A DNA stretch of 64,000 nucleotides from Octopus vulgaris (Eukaryota), in the NCBI GenBank assembly GCA_951406725.2, contig OX597821.1, positions 86,180,001 through 86,244,000 on the forward strand. The letters are read 5' to 3'. Below the pieces are notes generated by a model. That model searched no databases. It saw only the letters and a list, made by a program, of their open reading frames with translations, and was not told where the DNA came from. The translations under genes were made by a program, and so were the position numbers. This document shows, piece after piece, positions 59,374 through 64,000 of the stretch (position 1 is the stretch's first letter; each line of letters starts with the position of its first letter).

Positions 59374-61559
59374 TTGAGCCACTGAACTGCTGTCATTTAG
59401 CACCGACTGGTAGGATTTTATCGAACAAACGCAAAGATGCACAGATGCAATTACATGGGTGTCCGCACCCGCACAAATACGCGCGCGCACCCACACATAC
59501 ATGCCCATACACACACACACACACACACATTGCGTTTTTAATGTCCGTCTACCGATCGCTCACAAGACTTGTGTCTACACAGGACAATAGCAGAAGACGT
59601 TTGTCGAAGGTACCACGAAGTGGGACTGAACTCAGAAACATACATATATGCGTGTGTGTTTGTGTGTGTGTGTATATATATATATATATACAGAGGTAGA
59701 GAGAGAGAGAGAGAGAGGCATGTATCTACATTATGTTTGTATATGTGTATGACTATGTGCATACATACATACATACATACAAAAACATATATATTCATGT
59801 CGATTGACTGGAATTTTCCTTTAGATCGTCTTTTGACTAAGACAGATGAGTTATGGATAAAATAAGCTTTTGTAGCTATTTTCTTTATTTGAACCTACTT
59901 AATAAATGTCGTTGACCGTCTTCTTAAGAATTCATTTCTCATTTTTCATTCAAAAATTTTAAAGGATATAGTAGAATGTTACGTTTGAGAAAAATTAAGG
60001 TCATGCCTTCTGGAACCAGCACCGCGCGATGCATAATCTATAATACACTGATTTCATGAGTGTTAAAATAACCTGAATAAATAGTTGTTATTGTGTTAAA
60101 CTGTCGTATGTCCAAATTTAGCCAAATGTGTTTTTTGTTTTCAATATTTAATTTTGCTTGCAATAACCGGTTCTTTTGGTCAAACTATCGTATCTCCAGC
60201 AGCTTCACATGCCAAGATATGAAATTTGTCAAAGTGTAGTACAAGGGTTTAGCATTTTTCAAAAGTGTAGTAAGTCCTACATACGACAGTTTTGCAAAAA
60301 TATTTCTGACTGAAAAAATCATACATGCATGAAGTTACGATTTTATGCACTCAACAAAGTATTATTGTTTAAGCTGAAACTGTTGCTAATGTAAAGAGAA
60401 ATGGAATGGTGAAGCTAGTTTTGGACTTTTGCATAATACCAACGATACGTATTATACAAGAACAGTTTTTGAGGAAATTTTCTATGAGCCTTACATAGAG
60501 GAAAAATAATCGTGATGAACTAATCCTTTAGAGATACAGCGTTAACAAGGCACATATTGATGTTTTATTATATAGTTCTATTTCTCCCGTGATAGTGGAC
60601 ATTACATTTTGTGAAATACGAGTGGTGATACAATAAATGCACTTAAGAAAGGGTTCATCAACATATTCCAAATGTTATATTTAAAGATCACAGTAGTTAA
60701 AAATATATAAATAATCAATTTTAGATATAACTCCCAGATTTAAGTAGTAGCAAAAGCTCGTCTTATAAAAAAAACCAAGCGACAAATTGCAACGTGTTAA
60801 TTATAGTTTATAGTTATATTCCAGTACTCCTTAAAACTTTAATAATTTTAGAATACATGACGAGGAACCCTTTTTTTCATGATGCTCATTATCACAATGT
60901 CGCATTAAAAACAGTAGTTTAAAAAAAGACAAAGAGATATAATACGGTATAATCCAGTGTATAGTTTAAGTACTTATTTCAATGTTCCTACGATTTTTCT
61001 TTTTCTGAACCTTAAGAAATATTCCTCAGTAGAACTTAGATATCACGAAATCCTTAATAAAAGGAAACAACAGCTGCTCTATAAGCATCGATAACCATTA
61101 TAAATAGAAGAAATCCCTCGTCCATACAATTTCAGTAACACTGATATCTGTATCTTTAAATCCTTAATTCATATAGTTATTACTGAAAATCACTTTAAAA
61201 AGATTATTGCAGTTTTCTTTTACATTCATATTCTCAAATTTAGTATCAAATACTGTTCCTGTGGAGAACCAAATAAGAAATTGCTATATTTTCATATAGC
61301 TTGTAATCGTCTCCCAACAATCTCTAAAACACTATTTTAGATCCCGTTTCACAAATAGTATGGCTGTGATGCTTACGAGCTTACGATTTTCTCTGACCTT
61401 GATAAGTTTTTATAAAAATCTCTGAAAATTACAGACCACCCTTTCTGACTTTTGATAAATGCATGAAACAAATAATCATTTAGGGGAAAATTATTAGCTG
61501 AGACATAGCACGGCCTCCTTTTGAGAAGTAGATTACCCTACAACATAACGATTAGGCAT

Positions 61560-61810
61560 TGAAACAGGTGCATATCCATTGTGATATAGACTACGGTATA
61601 TTTGACTTTCGAATGGATTCGATGAAGTTTATATTGAAATAAGACGTTTCAAATTACTTGATATCTGTATTGTTGGAAAACTTAGGAAAGTGGCTGCATT
61701 ATTTTTGGAGAGGAAGAAGAGCAGTCGCAACGAACAGTGCTCTTTCAAACGAGTTATTAACTCCAAGGGGCGTCCCTCAAGGAAGTGTCTTGGGATCTAA
61801 ATGCAGTTTA
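61560..61810 (+). mobile_element. highly decayed CR1/L2-like RT fragment
   Basis: LGKWLHYF..R..V..N....GVPQGSVLG. Confidence 0.55.
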
Positions 61811-62595
61811 CAAGTGAATAACAGAAAACAAAGTATAATCTGATGCTGGAAAATTTGAAACACTCCGCAATAAGCTATTGCTGTCAAAATTCACTGGAGT
61901 AGATAAGATTGCAGTCTCAGAGTAACAACCAATGCTTGACCTGCGGATCAAAAACGTCATTGTGTAGCGTTTCATATGCATATTATTGAGATGTAATTAC
62001 TGAGACGACAACTCAGAACAGACAATTGTTGTAAGGTTTGGATTCCGGGATAATTTACAACTGGAAAAGAGAAATAATGCTGGTCGCGTAAAGGGAATCT
62101 ATCCACAGTCGTTTATTTAGACTATTGGTCTCAGTTGTGGTCGTCAAATAGTGTTAAACTGTTTGCAGAACTCGAAGCAATCCAACGCTACTTACTGCTC
62201 CATTAATGTTATCACAATGCAACATGAACAACCGGAAGTGACTGAAAAGCATCAGGACATTACTTCCTGTAGTGAAGACGGATAAAGTTGTGTAGGAGTA
62301 TTTATGTGTGCGCACGCTCGTGTGTGTTTCTGTGCGCCTGTGCGTTCTCTCTTTCTTATCTATTTCCACTTAAACTCTTTAGTACTTGATAGTCGATATT
62401 ACATGGATGAGCATATATGAGCGAAAGAGTGCGTGTTATTTGTTTGTGAGTGTTTGGGAGTAAGTTGGTGGTACTTCTAAACATAAGGCAGCAAGGGAGA
62501 TAACATCACACCATATAGCATTTACAGTAAGTTGGCAAGCGAGATAACTCCCAGGAAAGTGGTATACAGAATCATGATTACAGAAAGATTATATG

Positions 62596-62629
<34 letters not shown>

Positions 62630-62679
62630 TGTGTGTGTGTGCGTGCGAGTGTGTGTGTGCGTGCGTACGAGTATGTTTA

Positions 62680-62734
<55 letters not shown>

Positions 62735-62741
62735 GGCACTA

Positions 62742-62810
62742 TTACACATAGATGCCGCACGCTAGGAGGGACTTTTAAAGTCCCTCCTAGCGTGCGGCAT
62801 CTATGTGTAA
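62742..62810. repeat. perfect 34 bp palindrome arms, 1 nt centre, beside (TA)n(GA)n
   Basis: TTACACATAGATGCCGCACGCTAGGAGGGACTTT T AAAGTCCCTCCTAGCGTGCGGCATCTATGTGTAA. Confidence 0.95.
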
Positions 62811-62932
62811 AAATGCCCTCTATATAATATAAATAAATATTTTCAAGTTGAAAAAAATTATGGATTTTTTCTCTTACGAGGTTTTTTCACGCTAACTACT
62901 TGATAATTTCTTATGAAGATTTTATCCTATTT

Positions 62933-62964
<32 letters not shown>

Positions 62965-64000
62965 TATACTCACATACATACAGACAGATAGATAGATATA
63001 TTGATTGATATATAGATTGTAATAATCAAAAAGAAAAATCGTTAAGTAAATTTGTGAATTCTATTAATTTTTTTCGTGTTAATTACTTAATTTCAAATTG
63101 AAATTTCTAATCCTACCTCATAGTATGATGAAATGGTTATTTCCCTGCCATGACCATATGTAATGAAAAAAAAAAAGAAAAGAAACCAAGTGTAACTGTT
63201 GACTATGGTCAAGACTCGTGTTGATGAATATATGTTTGTTCAGCTACATACGCAAAGGATTACCCCACCCAAAAAGTATTTGAAATGATTGTCGTCACCT
63301 CAGAGAGTATATTGAAAAACGGCTTGTGGGTTTGTTTGTAGCTGAAACCGAAATTATTGGTTATTATAAGACATTTTCACAAGGTAGAACTACCCAAGGC
63401 AACATCTCTTATTCCATATATATACAAATAACGTCTCTTCTTAATTATCGATTCCTAAACTGCTAACGTTGTATGAAGGAAAGAAAAATACTTATTCCAT
63501 GGATTTCTTGCAGATTGTGATTATTTTCACCTTTAACGAAAATGTCTCACTTTCTAAAACAATCCTTATTTAATATGTCACAGTTTATATCATTCCCATG
63601 ATTTTTAAAAAAAGAGGGAAATAGTGCTATACATTATAATCACCGACTAGAAATTTTAAGGACATTGTAATAATTAAATAAATAAATATACAATTGAATA
63701 AAGAAATTGCAAATTCGCATCTATTTCCGCGTAATTATTTAATTTCGAATTAAAATTTCTAATGCGGACTCATATTATGAAGAAATGATTATATTCCTTG
63801 TATTAGCTTCCTTGTATCTTCCTTGTATTAGCCATTAATAGAGAAACCAAGTGCATATGTTTCTTCCTAGATGTACGTTTTATGTGCACATACTCATAAT
63901 ACATAAAAATTAACATCCAAGCAGCTGAAGTCGTTGCTTGAAGGTTTTGATTGTGATTTGATCTCGCAAACTGAAGGCGGCTGTTTGAAGGAGAGACCCT

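Noticed and set aside
63244-63383. AG/GT-bounded candidate coding exon
   Set aside because: All three frames contain stop codons.

Overview
Eukaryotic, AT-rich, microsatellite-dense genomic DNA. The SINE/LINE repertoire suggests an Octopus (cephalopod) genome, which is an inference. Most of the supplied ORFs are microsatellite or antisense noise. The host gene is the 3' part of a spliced + strand DBH-like copper monooxygenase (MOXD1-like). I reconstructed 12 phase-consistent GT-AG exons by hand between 2454 and 50421 (489 aa, from the end of the DOMON domain to the stop); all six copper ligands are present. Introns and the downstream flank hold three tRNA-headed SINE families, mariner, hAT and Gypsy remnants, RTE LINEs (one near full length), R4/Dong-like fragments in (TAA)n and a CR1-like fragment. 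The most unusual signal is a set of fold-back elements carrying hammerhead ribozyme (HHR) motifs. These are a 5.6 kb inverted Penelope-like (GIY-YIG) element, a non-coding inverted element, a tRNA-headed SINE with an HHR tail, a rod-like fold-back with an HHR-like core at its apex, and a minimal variant-core HHR family; three of the five are anchored in TA-type microsatellites. Three unrelated families share a micro-hairpin at the inversion junction. All calls are by eye; no searches or folding programs were run.
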